This document shows, one piece after another, positions 8,771 through 17,836 of a stretch of 29,553 bases of DNA (within the stretch, counting starts at the first letter, position 1; every line of letters begins with the position of its first letter). The stretch lies in the IMG/VR virus record IMGVR_UViG_3300005805_000018, positions 1-29,553 of that record. One strand, given 5' to 3'. Made by a program: the position numbers and the translations under genes. The notes beneath the pieces are model-generated. The model worked only from the letters and a program-made list of their open reading frames with translations. It had not been told where the DNA came from and ran no database searches. The DNA comes from a virus (lineage: Duplodnaviria; Caudoviricetes).

Positions 8771-11229
8771 TACGATAATCTCCTCGAGGGTTGTGATCTA
8801 CGCCCTGCTTCAGTGACATTATATATGAATTGCGGATCACGAGCCACTAATTGCTTGAAACTGGCAGCATCAACTGCTGAAATATTATACACTACATTAG
8901 TCGAACCCAATGAGGTGCCAATATTATCTATTTGATTGTTAGGTATAATAGTGCCTGCGGATTTCGGGATGAAGATTTCGGGGCCGGCCTCCCCGGTAAG
9001 GTAAGGTTGATTTGGTGATACTGGGCCACCTTGGGCTCTGGGTAATACATCACCGGCACCACCATAGCCAACTACGCCATCGGTCCCTCCTCCCCCTAAA
9101 GCACCGAAGAATCCAAATCCCGCTAATATTGATCTACGAACCGATATTCTAACAATATCAGCGATAACACTTTCAGCAAAATTATTAAATTCGAATTTAC
9201 CTGTGCGAGCGAAATTCACAAACAGATCTTCCATTGATCTTGTGGTTGTTCTAAATATGGTCGCGGCTTCTTCAGCAGCATTTTTAGCACTATTACGATA
9301 TTCTTCAAATGCGGTCTGCCAACCATACTGAAATGATCTTGTGACCTCATAGTTCCTCAAAGAAAATTCAACCTGTGCCTCACCGGCCAATCTATATGCT
9401 TGTTCTATTTGATTCAAGCCATTGGCCAATTCTGCTGATTGCTGTTCGGTCAATTCACCGCCCATAGCCTCGAAAGGTCGAGCAAAATTACGGGCCGCTT
9501 CACGACCGGCACGAGCATAATTCTCTGTGATATCCCTGACCTGTTTCTGTAGTTCTGATTGAGGTCCAAATCTTTCAAGATCTAAACCCTGTGTTCTGCG
9601 TTGTGTCTCACCTGTTTCTTTTCTTATATTGGCTAATATATCTCCAAGAGTGCCCATTCGACTGATTTGATCTTCAATACTCTTGTTCATCAAGTCAATT
9701 TGTTGTTGATTGATGAATTCAAATACCTTATCATCTCTGGCCTTCTTGGCAATATTCACTTGTCTTTGTTGTAGATCCTGTGCCTGGGCCTGTAGATTTA
9801 GACTATCAGCAGATGTGATCTTTCTTGTTCTTTCTTGTTCGCGTATATTGGCTAATGTGTTAGCATACTCGCCTGCGATACGAACAATTTCTTTATTAAA
9901 TTCTATATTATATTGAGCATCATTAGTGCTAAATCTTTGAATATCTAAAAGACGACTTTCAGTATTCAATTGTCGTTTTTTAGCCTCATTGGTCTGTGTG
10001 GCCGCGTGATATGCTTCTTTTTGTGATTGTGCTACATCAGCGATCTTATCACGAATTTCTTGTTCATTACGCAGTCTAAAAACCGTAAGTTCGCCTTCTC
10101 GATCAACTCCATCCTGCCGTGTTTTTTCATCTAACTGGAATTTAAATTGTTGATATTTTAATTCGCCTTCTCGTCTAATAGCAGTGACTTGATCAAAATT
10201 GCGTCGTGCTGCTGCGATATCAGGGGCAGCAGCATATTCTAAAAACATCATATTTTGACTTAAAAGACTGGCTTGTTCTCCTGCTGCTCGTATATTTTTT
10301 CTAAATTCAAATATTAGATTATTGGCTTTTAATATTGGATCTATTGCTTCATCAAATATTTTTTTGAATTTTTGATCATCACCTTCAGTAATTGATCTCA
10401 AATATTTTTCTAATTCTGCTAATACTTGAACATTCTTTTCTGGGGCATTTTTATCTAAATCTTTTAATATTTGACCTAATTTGATGCCTTCTTCTACACT
10501 TAATCCCAATGATACTTTCAATCTATACGCTTCTGTTTCTGTTAGATTTAAGAAAATTTCTAATTGTTCCAAACCTGTCGAACCTGATACAATCCTTGGG
10601 GTTCTTGAAAATAAACTGGCCTCTGCAGCCTTTTTTCGTAATTCATTTAACTCATTCATTCGATTTAAAACAAAACCGAACTCTTTTTGAACTTTTGATA
10701 TCCCAGCACCTAAATCAATATCCGCTCTTCTTCTTGTTAAACCTTCTTGAATAGCATAGAATCTTTCCGCAGCACCGGCAGCATCACCGAACTGGGCTCT
10801 TAAACTACCTAACCCTTGGGCGTTCAATTGTTGAGCATCTTTGAATGCTTTGACTCGTTCTTCACCTTCTTTTAATATTTCATTTAGATTACGAAAATCA
10901 ATACCCATAGCCTTTACAGCAACTATGGCAGCAGGAATGGCTACAGCAGCAATACCTCCAATCAAAGGACCGAATCTACCAAAATTCCCAATCAAATCAC
11001 CAATATCACGACCTAACCCTGCTGCCTCACCCGATACACCTGATAACCCCAATGCTAAATTACGAGCATCATTGATGGCCCCACGATCCATTTCACGCTT
11101 CTTACCTTGCGTGTCGGTGACTTTCTTCGTGGCCTTATCGAGATTATCATACTCTTTGACTGCGGCTCGAACATTGTCAAGACCTTCAGTTTCAATCAAT
11201 AATCGTAATTTGTCAATTGTGGTGGCCAT
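8770..11229 (-). CDS. Tail tape measure protein
   Basis: 819 aa helical/coiled-coil; lambda H-like C-terminus (FVNFARTGK.F.NFAES) and RAQGGPV..YLTGEAGPEIFIP. Confidence 0.92.
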   Translation of the reverse strand: MATTIDKLRLLIETEGLDNVRAAVKEYDNLDKATKKVTDTQGKKREMDRGAINDARNLALGLSGVSGEAAGLGRDIGDLIGNFGRFGPLIGGIAAVAIPAAIVAVKAMGIDFRNLNEILKEGEERVKAFKDAQQLNAQGLGSLRAQFGDAAGAAERFYAIQEGLTRRRADIDLGAGISKVQKEFGFVLNRMNELNELRKKAAEASLFSRTPRIVSGSTGLEQLEIFLNLTETEAYRLKVSLGLSVEEGIKLGQILKDLDKNAPEKNVQVLAELEKYLRSITEGDDQKFKKIFDEAIDPILKANNLIFEFRKNIRAAGEQASLLSQNMMFLEYAAAPDIAAARRNFDQVTAIRREGELKYQQFKFQLDEKTRQDGVDREGELTVFRLRNEQEIRDKIADVAQSQKEAYHAATQTNEAKKRQLNTESRLLDIQRFSTNDAQYNIEFNKEIVRIAGEYANTLANIREQERTRKITSADSLNLQAQAQDLQQRQVNIAKKARDDKVFEFINQQQIDLMNKSIEDQISRMGTLGDILANIRKETGETQRRTQGLDLERFGPQSELQKQVRDITENYARAGREAARNFARPFEAMGGELTEQQSAELANGLNQIEQAYRLAGEAQVEFSLRNYEVTRSFQYGWQTAFEEYRNSAKNAAEEAATIFRTTTRSMEDLFVNFARTGKFEFNNFAESVIADIVRISVRRSILAGFGFFGALGGGGTDGVVGYGGAGDVLPRAQGGPVSPNQPYLTGEAGPEIFIPKSAGTIIPNNQIDNIGTSLGSTNVVYNISAVDAASFKQLVARDPQFIYNVTEAGRRSQPSRRLS

Positions 11230-11230
11230 A

Positions 11231-11503
11231 TTATTTTCCTGTTATCTTGCTGACATATACTCTAACAGCAGCAATAGTGGGATCAACCATACCTTCACGA
11301 CTCTTGGGGCTATAACCTTCATTCAATCGTTGAGCATAGGGGTAATCAGCATTGATACTTTTCGCATCCTTACTGGTTCTTCTTCGAGCATTTCCAGTAA
11401 GCACGGGTGTTTTTTTTACAAATTCTGGAAATCCCGCATTGACTAACTTTTGTGCTGTCAATTCTTTCTGTAGATAGGCCAAACGATCAGTCAATTTTTT
11501 CAT
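11231..11503 (-). CDS. HK97 gp10-like neck/tail completion protein
   Basis: TPVLTGNARR, YAQRLNEG.S, GMVDPT motifs. Confidence 0.7.
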   Translation of the reverse strand: MKKLTDRLAYLQKELTAQKLVNAGFPEFVKKTPVLTGNARRRTSKDAKSINADYPYAQRLNEGYSPKSREGMVDPTIAAVRVYVSKITGK

Positions 11504-11733
11504 CTTGCTCGCCTCAATATATCCTGTAGATTATCCACATTATATTGTGTTTGATCACTGGGGTTGCTCTTGTGCTTCTCCCAAGCCGTATAGACATCTA
11601 ATACCATAAGGTCGAATGTTGTGGCTTTCTCTGCTACTTCACTGGGTAATTTATTCAACATTTTGGCAAGATGTCCAATGGTTATCAGATAACTTGATTC
11701 CCATCGCTTTTCATCAACGACTTGGTTTCTGAC
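11500..11733 (-). CDS. Tail assembly chaperone, -1 frameshift extension (gpGT-like)
   Basis: The -1 frame after GGGAAAG is open for 77 codons (VRNQVVDEKRW...LAKMLNKLPSEV...RRAR) to a TGA overlapping the next ATG. Confidence 0.8.
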   Translation of the reverse strand, partial: VRNQVVDEKRWESSYLITIGHLAKMLNKLPSEVAEKATTFDLMVLDVYTAWEKHKSNPSDQTQYNVDNLQDILRRAR

Positions 11734-12029
11734 TTTCCCAAGTGTTCATTGATCTTTTGAATGATAGCAATGGCTAATCCTGCTGGGATACTGCGGCCAT
11801 CAGTCAAGGCTTTTTGACCCTGCTGATCTAACACCAACATCTCTAATATCTCACTGATATTTTCTTTTTCTTCATTTAGAGTTTGGAAATATCTGAAATA
11901 GGTTTTGATATCTATAAATTCAGGGATCCAAAATATAACACTATCACCGAACTGGGAGATGATATCTTCACTGTCCAATGTGATCTCTGTTAGTTGGGGT
12001 TTGCGGGCTATTTGATCTATACTTTTCAT
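11685..12029 (-). CDS. Tail assembly chaperone (gpG-like)
   Basis: Between the major tail and tape measure genes; slippery G-GGA-AAG in frame near the 3' end. Confidence 0.8.
   Translation of the reverse strand: MKSIDQIARKPQLTEITLDSEDIISQFGDSVIFWIPEFIDIKTYFRYFQTLNEEKENISEILEMLVLDQQGQKALTDGRSIPAGLAIAIIQKINEHLGKSETKSLMKSDGNQVI
11733..11739 (-). promoter_or_regulatory. Programmed -1 ribosomal frameshift site GGGAAAG
   Basis: Same heptamer and phase as the lambda G-T slippery site. Confidence 0.85.
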
Positions 12030-12199
12030 CTTTCTAACTCTCTTTCTTTTAATATGTTATTGACCGTCAATATAAATCTTAATCTACTATTGACCTTATC
12101 CAAATCACTTTGAATAGTTCTGACCTCACTCAAGGCCTTGGCTGATTCAGCGATCAGACTACGCAATAAATCTTCTGTAGGGTAATCTTTCAAATCCAT
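12026..12199 (-). CDS. Small coiled-coil protein (57 aa, MDLKDYPTEDLLRSLIAE...ERELER)
   Basis: Below the ORF-track cutoff; GAGGA RBS; ATGA overlap with the chaperone gene. Confidence 0.75.
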   Translation of the reverse strand: MDLKDYPTEDLLRSLIAESAKALSEVRTIQSDLDKVNSRLRFILTVNNILKERELER

Positions 12200-12217
12200 C
12201 AATCTATCCTCTCAATA

Positions 12218-12223
12218 TATTTA
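12218..12223 (-). promoter_or_regulatory. TAAATA late-type promoter
   Basis: Directly after the hairpin that ends the capsid-to-major-tail operon and before an RBS. Confidence 0.6.
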
Positions 12224-12229
12224 ACGCAG

Positions 12230-12268
12230 ATAAGGGGAAAGGGCCCATAAAGACCCTTTTTATCCCTC
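12230..12268 (-). terminator. Stem-loop after the major tail gene (probable terminator)
   Basis: aaagggtc-tttat-gggcccttt on the minus strand; weak U-tract. Confidence 0.5.
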
Positions 12269-12279
12269 GATACAGCAGT

Positions 12280-12738
12280 TTAACTTACGGTGCCGGCAGT
12301 TAGATCGCCATCAACTGAAAGAGTTAGCGGACTAACCCAGACAGGTGCCTGCGGATTCACCGTCGGGGCAAGATTAGTAATATATCCTGAACCTGACACA
12401 TATTTGGCACCATTACCGCGACCATTGAAATAGACACGGAAATAGACCAATGTGGCATTGTTTTGTAGATCGAATAGACCACTTACACCTGCCGATCCTG
12501 TGAAGAATGTAGTTGCATCGATAACCATATTACCAGTGATCGAATTGGTTGTTGGAGTTGGCACAGCCTTTTGACTGAACTCATCCAATTGGGTCCAATT
12601 GAAGACCCCTGCTGCGTTGTTTATAGTAATATCTTGTAAGGCCGGGACGATATAACCACTGCTGGTTGTTGAAATAGTAGCAGTAGAAATCTGTAGTGTG
12701 GCATTACTTGTATCACTTGAGACATTGATATAAGCCAT
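12280..12738 (-). CDS. Major tail tube protein
   Basis: 152 aa; GSGYITNLAPTVNPQAPVWVSPLTLSVDG C-terminus; synteny. Confidence 0.8.
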   Translation of the reverse strand: MAYINVSSDTSNATLQISTATISTTSSGYIVPALQDITINNAAGVFNWTQLDEFSQKAVPTPTTNSITGNMVIDATTFFTGSAGVSGLFDLQNNATLVYFRVYFNGRGNGAKYVSGSGYITNLAPTVNPQAPVWVSPLTLSVDGDLTAGTVS

Positions 12739-12750
12739 TGTTTTTGTCCT

Positions 12751-13143
12751 TTATGTAGTTGCGATGTTTATTCTAAACTCGAAAGTATAGATCAAGACAT
12801 CCTCTTGTTGCTCAACGGTGTAATCACTTTCTGAACCGAAATTGACTACTCCGGTATAGGCCTTGGCGGCTAATATAGAAGCGACCGTAGTGTCTAATCC
12901 TGAAGGTGGGTTCTTGCCATCTACAGCCAAATAGGCATTACAGATCTGATCATTTTGAAATACTTCACCGCCATTTAGTGTTGGCAGTAAAGTAGTCTGC
13001 TCTTGACGAGGCTGATCAACATACACATAACGCATATTCTTCAAGTAGAGAGGTTGGCCATTTTGACTCCAAGGTAATTCACTGGCACATTTAATAGTTC
13101 CAGTAAGTACGCTTTGTAATCTCGATACGATACCTGATCTCAT
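12751..13143 (-). CDS. Tail terminator/completion protein
   Basis: 130 aa; immediately upstream of the major tail gene. Confidence 0.55.
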   Translation of the reverse strand: MRSGIVSRLQSVLTGTIKCASELPWSQNGQPLYLKNMRYVYVDQPRQEQTTLLPTLNGGEVFQNDQICNAYLAVDGKNPPSGLDTTVASILAAKAYTGVVNFGSESDYTVEQQEDVLIYTFEFRINIATT

Positions 13144-13661
13144 CTTCGTCTCTGTAGATTGACAGGAGTGGGCATACGCTCCAATGGTTCAACCGTGCCA
13201 TCATTATCAAAATCATACCAATCACCATCTTCGATCAATCTGGTGAAAAGTGATTGATACTTTTCACGATATAGACCGATCTTTCGAACCTCGGCATTAT
13301 CTTCAGCACTGAAATCAGCAATACGGGGTAATAGGTATTCATAAAGTGTTTTATAAATGGCCAAATCCGTAAATTGTTGAGTTCTGGCACGAATTCTGTT
13401 TGGGTCCAAAACTGGTGCTATGGGATATGATTTTGTTTCTTCGGCTGTGGTAAAACCATTATTCTCCACTTGCCAATAACGGGCCCACCAGCCCGAGGAT
13501 CTTATTTCATCCAATATCGCACTGGTGGCCTTTTCAGCAAGATCTTCCACTATGGTCTCGGTCAAGCCTTCATTGGCCTCGAATAGGCGTTGATCTCTTT
13601 CGGTGATATCTGCGTATTCACAGAATGATATCACAACCCCTCCACTGGAAATGAAAGCCAT
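13140..13661 (-). CDS. Head-to-tail adaptor
   Basis: Directly after the capsid gene; helical; YDFDNDGTV acidic loop near the C-terminus. Confidence 0.6.
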   Translation of the reverse strand: MAFISSGGVVISFCEYADITERDQRLFEANEGLTETIVEDLAEKATSAILDEIRSSGWWARYWQVENNGFTTAEETKSYPIAPVLDPNRIRARTQQFTDLAIYKTLYEYLLPRIADFSAEDNAEVRKIGLYREKYQSLFTRLIEDGDWYDFDNDGTVEPLERMPTPVNLQRRR

Positions 13662-13675
13662 CGCATTACTCCTTA

Positions 13676-14539
13676 TTAAACGGTTGAGTCTGCTAACAGA
13701 CTTACACCGTATGATTCATAAATGGTGCCAACACCATACATAGCACTACATACAACATCAGTTCCAATAGCACGAGCACGACGCTGTGTTTCGATGCTAA
13801 TATCACGCATTAGACCAAAGCCTAAAGCATCACGATGGAAAATAGCACATTGAAAGTCATCACTGGCCCCACCTGTGACTACAGGAACATTACTTGACTC
13901 AAATACTTGAACCCCGAAGAGTTGTCCGACATATCCTGAACGCATTGCTTCGTTGGCCACATCACCATAAGCACCGCCAGTAAAGGCCACAGCACCTTGA
14001 GTGGTTAGAGCGGCTTTTAGGTCATATGCGATACGAGGATGTAAAACTGCGACTACACCGGTAGTATCAACACCAATATTCTTTAGTTTAGTGATACCCT
14101 GCATAACGGTAACGGCTGTAATTGCTGTGCCAGTAGTGCCAACTACATTTGTGGTAAAATCCTCAAACTTGGCCATTAGGTCCTGGTCAATTTTACGAGC
14201 AACTGCTTCACCAAATAGACGACCAAGATCGGCTACTACATTTGAAGCACTGGCGTTGATAGCCATATCAGTGACCATTGTCATTAAACCAACTTGACCA
14301 ATGGTGAAAGTTGCTACATCAGTTGAAACAGCGGTGTTGGAAAAATCATCACCCTCTGTCAAAGAAGTGGCAGTTGAAATTGGGTAAATTGGCACTTGAA
14401 TGGTCTTGCCCTGTGCTGGGGCTAATGAATAATTCTTTACGAGATTACGCATAATTGAACGCTCATTGACAACGAACATTGCTTCTTGAACGATTGTGGG
14501 TAATAGGTCATTTAGTGTGACGCTTGTAGATCCAGCCAT
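13676..14539 (-). CDS. Major capsid protein (HK97 fold)
   Basis: GKTIQVP, LTEG, ARKIDQDL, VLHP..AYDL, GYVGQLFGVQVFESSN, IETQR motifs; AGGAG RBS. Confidence 0.92.
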   Translation of the reverse strand: MAGSTSVTLNDLLPTIVQEAMFVVNERSIMRNLVKNYSLAPAQGKTIQVPIYPISTATSLTEGDDFSNTAVSTDVATFTIGQVGLMTMVTDMAINASASNVVADLGRLFGEAVARKIDQDLMAKFEDFTTNVVGTTGTAITAVTVMQGITKLKNIGVDTTGVVAVLHPRIAYDLKAALTTQGAVAFTGGAYGDVANEAMRSGYVGQLFGVQVFESSNVPVVTGGASDDFQCAIFHRDALGFGLMRDISIETQRRARAIGTDVVCSAMYGVGTIYESYGVSLLADSTV

Positions 14540-14554
14540 TTTTTATTCTCCTTG

Positions 14555-15229
14555 TTATCTGGTTAGGCCAGCGGATTTTCTGTATTCGGCATATATTTTT
14601 CGGTCTGCCGGATTACTCATATCCAACTTTGTTATGTCCATTTTCTCGCGTGTTTGAGTTAGATTGCTCTTGGTCTGTGTGGTAGTTGGACCTGCTGCCT
14701 TGAAATGAGGATTTTGATCAAGAAACTCTTTGACAAGATCATCAACTTGGAAAGGGCGACCTCGTTCTGAATATCTCACCGTGCCTTTTTCATCCAAGAC
14801 TTCAACTTCTCCCGAATCATTTAGTCGAAGATTACTTTTCAGTAATGCTTGGACCTGTTTTGGATTTACCGCACCCATCTGTGCAGCCACATTTACCAAC
14901 GGCATATCTACCGTATAATTTTTAATAACTTCATCACGCCTACGGATTTCTTCGTCATGTTTTGAAACAATATCAGCAATAATTTTATCAAACTCACCCC
15001 GTTTCTTTTGGAGTTCCAGTTGTTGCTGTTCTTGTTGTTGCTTCAATTGACGAAGTTCGTCAATATCACCTAATTCAGCAAGAGTCTTTTCATATTTTTT
15101 CTGGATCGCACCTCGAGTGCGGGCCATCATATTATCGACTTCTTCCTGTGTGTAGGTCTTGACTTTGGGTGCCTGATCGGAGTTTTGAGACAGATCAGTG
15201 CTGTCTATAGCCGGTGTATTGTCTGACAT
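14555..15229 (-). CDS. Capsid scaffolding protein
   Basis: KTYTQEEVDNMM motif, coiled coil, upstream of the capsid gene; start moved to MSDNTPA at 15229, downstream of the promoter and hairpin. Confidence 0.8.
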   Translation of the reverse strand: MSDNTPAIDSTDLSQNSDQAPKVKTYTQEEVDNMMARTRGAIQKKYEKTLAELGDIDELRQLKQQQEQQQLELQKKRGEFDKIIADIVSKHDEEIRRRDEVIKNYTVDMPLVNVAAQMGAVNPKQVQALLKSNLRLNDSGEVEVLDEKGTVRYSERGRPFQVDDLVKEFLDQNPHFKAAGPTTTQTKSNLTQTREKMDITKLDMSNPADRKIYAEYRKSAGLTR

Positions 15230-15255
15230 CGTGGCATCGCCTTTATAAGTTAAAC

Positions 15256-15287
15256 GGGCGTACTGCGACGCCCTTGCCACTTATTTA
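15256..15287 (-). promoter_or_regulatory. TAAATA late-type promoter (15282-15287) plus 5' hairpin gggcgt/acgccc (15256-15273)
   Basis: Heads the scaffold-capsid-tail operon. Confidence 0.6.
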
Positions 15288-15620
15288 TTGAATCGAATTA
15301 AAAACCTCTAATTTACGCCGAATACGATTCAAATGAGATCTATTCTGTTGTATGAGGATGGGATAAGGAGCAGCCGATGGACCATAACCTGGATAACTGA
15401 ATAACCATTCATTATTGGGATCCAATTGATCCATTTGCTCACATAGAGATTCTATTAGTGCTTCAGGTTGATCAATGATCCATATCCTGGCCAAAAATGA
15501 TCCTAAATCTGGAACTGGTTGATCTTGACTCCAATTCTGGAAATCAATTTGTCCTTGAAGATAGGCGGCTAAACTCCAAGGACATTGCTCACGAATACTC
15601 CGAAAGTATTCTAACCACAC
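15285..15620 (-). CDS. Hypothetical protein, DUF1415-like
   Basis: CPWS and FSYPGY..PYPILIQQ.R motifs recalled from DUF1415; probable GTG start at 15620, just after the micro-ORF stop. Confidence 0.5.
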   Translation of the reverse strand: MWLEYFRSIREQCPWSLAAYLQGQIDFQNWSQDQPVPDLGSFLARIWIIDQPEALIESLCEQMDQLDPNNEWLFSYPGYGPSAAPYPILIQQNRSHLNRIRRKLEVFNSIQ

Positions 15621-15621
15621 T

Positions 15622-15678
15622 TTATCGTTTTGGTGGTTTGCGACCACGACCACGACCTCTGCCCATTGCTTGGTTCAT
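15622..15678 (-). CDS. 18-aa Arg/Gly-rich micropeptide MNQAMGRGRGRGRKPPKR
   Basis: AAGGAG RBS with correct spacing; fills the gap between its neighbours. Confidence 0.6.
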   Translation of the reverse strand: MNQAMGRGRGRGRKPPKR

Positions 15679-15689
15679 AGTTTGCTCCT

Positions 15690-15848
15690 TTATCGTTTAG
15701 GTTTATACCCAGCGGCTCTGATAGCACGCCCCTGTGCTTCGGCACGCTGTTTTGCTCCTGGTCCTGTATAGATACGACCTGATTGGCCATATCTATAACC
15801 TACAACTGGTTGTCCATTTCGGGTAGTGCTTATTCTACGAACTGGCAT
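15690..15848 (-). CDS. 52-aa basic phage protein (MPVRRIS...GYRYGQSGRIYTGPGAKQRAEAQGRAIRAAGYKPKR)
   Basis: Hand-translated; AGGGA upstream; tight packing with neighbours. Confidence 0.75.
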   Translation of the reverse strand: MPVRRISTTRNGQPVVGYRYGQSGRIYTGPGAKQRAEAQGRAIRAAGYKPKR

Positions 15849-15858
15849 CTTCGAATCC

Positions 15859-16038
15859 CTAATTGATCAGACTGATACCACTGACTAACGAATTTTGATC
15901 CCAAGATTGTTCCTCAACGGGTCTGCGTTCAAATACAACATTCAATGGTGGTAATTTGAATACAAACCGTTGATCATATGGTCTTGTAGATAATATATTC
16001 ATTTCGTGATAGACCTGAATACTACCAAATATTTCCAT
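15859..16038 (-). CDS. 59-aa hypothetical protein
   Basis: TAATG overlap with the upstream gene; open to a TAG at 15859. Confidence 0.55.
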   Translation of the reverse strand: MEIFGSIQVYHEMNILSTRPYDQRFVFKLPPLNVVFERRPVEEQSWDQNSLVSGISLIN

Positions 16039-16343
16039 TACTCTTCCTTCTCTTGATCTATTATTCTTTTAGCCCAAGTAAGACCAGCAGGACCACCCCA
16101 CATTAGGTAAGCCTGTGTGCCTGGGGTATTCTGTCCTGGTCGATAATACTCTCGGGCTCGACTTAAAAAACTAAAAGTTCTTTTTACTATATCTAAACTC
16201 ACTGCTTCTCGATTTGCGAATTGACGAGCACGGGCCAATCCCACTGCGGTGCCCCCTTGATTACTGGGGCTACTTTCTTCACGCAATCTCAAACCTCTTC
16301 GTGCTGCTATACTCATTGCCAATGTTGGAGTATAAGTGGCCAT
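16038..16343 (-). CDS. Conserved phage head-region protein (101 aa)
   Basis: ARRGL..GGTAVGLARARQ..AYLMWGGPAG..WA pattern, which I recall near portal genes; start moved to MATYTP just after the portal stop. Confidence 0.7.
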   Translation of the reverse strand: MATYTPTLAMSIAARRGLRLREESSPSNQGGTAVGLARARQFANREAVSLDIVKRTFSFLSRAREYYRPGQNTPGTQAYLMWGGPAGLTWAKRIIDQEKEE

Positions 16344-16344
16344 A

Positions 16345-17832
16345 TCAATAATCTTCTTTATGAACGAAACCCTGTTCCATATAAGTGATATGTTCTTCTT
16401 CAGTTCTGGCAATGACTTCTTCACCTGTTTCTGGATTGAACATTTCGTGTGGCTCAAATTCTGGGGTAGGTGGTATCTGATCAGCAGGTAGATATTCGCC
16501 TTGTGGTAAGACTACATCTGGTTCTTCACCTAACAACTCAACTAATTCGTGATCAATCAAATTCAATACACGGGGATCAGTGGCTGTGTCTCGAGCCATC
16601 TTCAAGTGTTGGAATTCACGATCATCATCACGAATACTGAATGTGTCTGGATATTTGATCTCACCCATCCATAATCTATTTTGATAAGCACCGAATAACT
16701 GCCAAATCTGTTCTTCGGCTAATTCTAAATTATCGGCCTTTTCTGATAGTTTAGCAGAAAGCAAATTGAACTCAACTTCCATCGCTATACCGGATTGAAC
16801 TTTCTTAACTGAACTGCGAACACCACCGGTAAAACTCATTGTATCTATGGCTTCAACTAACTTATCGATACTGCTATGAATAGCACCAACACTGGCTGAT
16901 CCACTTTCGAGGTAGTAAGGGTTTTGACCCGCGTCCGCACCTTCCTGTAATACAATAAGGGCACCGGCACCTGATCCCAATTGTGCTGTGGCGGGCACAA
17001 CCAAACTGGGGTGGCCATTCAGTCTAATCGCCTGTTCATTTTCACTGGTAAAATTATATAGAGTTCGTTGTATATCGGCCACATCAGTTATATCACTGAC
17101 CCCAATATCTCTGGTGATCCCTCTTTGATTATAGACTAATACAGCGGGGATACGACCTAATAAATTTGGCTCTTCCATTTGAAGATAGGCTTCTTTCTTT
17201 GTGTCATCCATTATCCAAGTCTTAATCGAGGTTGTGGTCCATTCTTTGATCACGGTGATTTTGTCTATGACTTCTTCAACATATTTTAGATAATCGAGTT
17301 CATAACGACCATTGGGCATTCTACGCCAACGCCAATCACTACATACAAGTGGGCTAACTAAATTCACATAGGGTCTTACACCAGCAGCCAATTCCTGTGC
17401 CTGTGTGGTCTGTCCAACATTGGGTTTTGACATTATGACCCATACATGACCGAATACTGATGACCAAATTGCGACCTGTTTCATAAAACTATCAAAGTCT
17501 CGTCCTTCTAAATCGGCATCACGAAGGAAACTTTCAACATCTTCATAACCCTCCCAATCATTGAAATCACGATCGGGATGTTCTCTAAAAAGGAATGAAA
17601 TATAGGTTTGAATTACAGATGAGCAATAATTTGTCAGTGGGGTATTTTGTAGTCTGGCATTATATTCATTAGCGGTCTCTAATTGATATTTTGTTAAATG
17701 ACCAGCACGGCGGAATTCTTCCCCTCCCACGAATGACTCATATAGAAATTGCCAACGATCTCTATTGCGTGTATAGAGCCAATGTGTTGAGTTCAGTGCT
17801 GTATAATCATCTAAAAGGGTTTGATTGGCCAT
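16345..17832 (-). CDS. Portal protein (SPP1-like)
   Basis: Follows terL; NLLGRIPAV, GVSDI, SGIAM..F..L..K motifs; 495 aa. Confidence 0.9.
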   Translation of the reverse strand: MANQTLLDDYTALNSTHWLYTRNRDRWQFLYESFVGGEEFRRAGHLTKYQLETANEYNARLQNTPLTNYCSSVIQTYISFLFREHPDRDFNDWEGYEDVESFLRDADLEGRDFDSFMKQVAIWSSVFGHVWVIMSKPNVGQTTQAQELAAGVRPYVNLVSPLVCSDWRWRRMPNGRYELDYLKYVEEVIDKITVIKEWTTTSIKTWIMDDTKKEAYLQMEEPNLLGRIPAVLVYNQRGITRDIGVSDITDVADIQRTLYNFTSENEQAIRLNGHPSLVVPATAQLGSGAGALIVLQEGADAGQNPYYLESGSASVGAIHSSIDKLVEAIDTMSFTGGVRSSVKKVQSGIAMEVEFNLLSAKLSEKADNLELAEEQIWQLFGAYQNRLWMGEIKYPDTFSIRDDDREFQHLKMARDTATDPRVLNLIDHELVELLGEEPDVVLPQGEYLPADQIPPTPEFEPHEMFNPETGEEVIARTEEEHITYMEQGFVHKEDY

Positions 17833-17836
17833 TATA

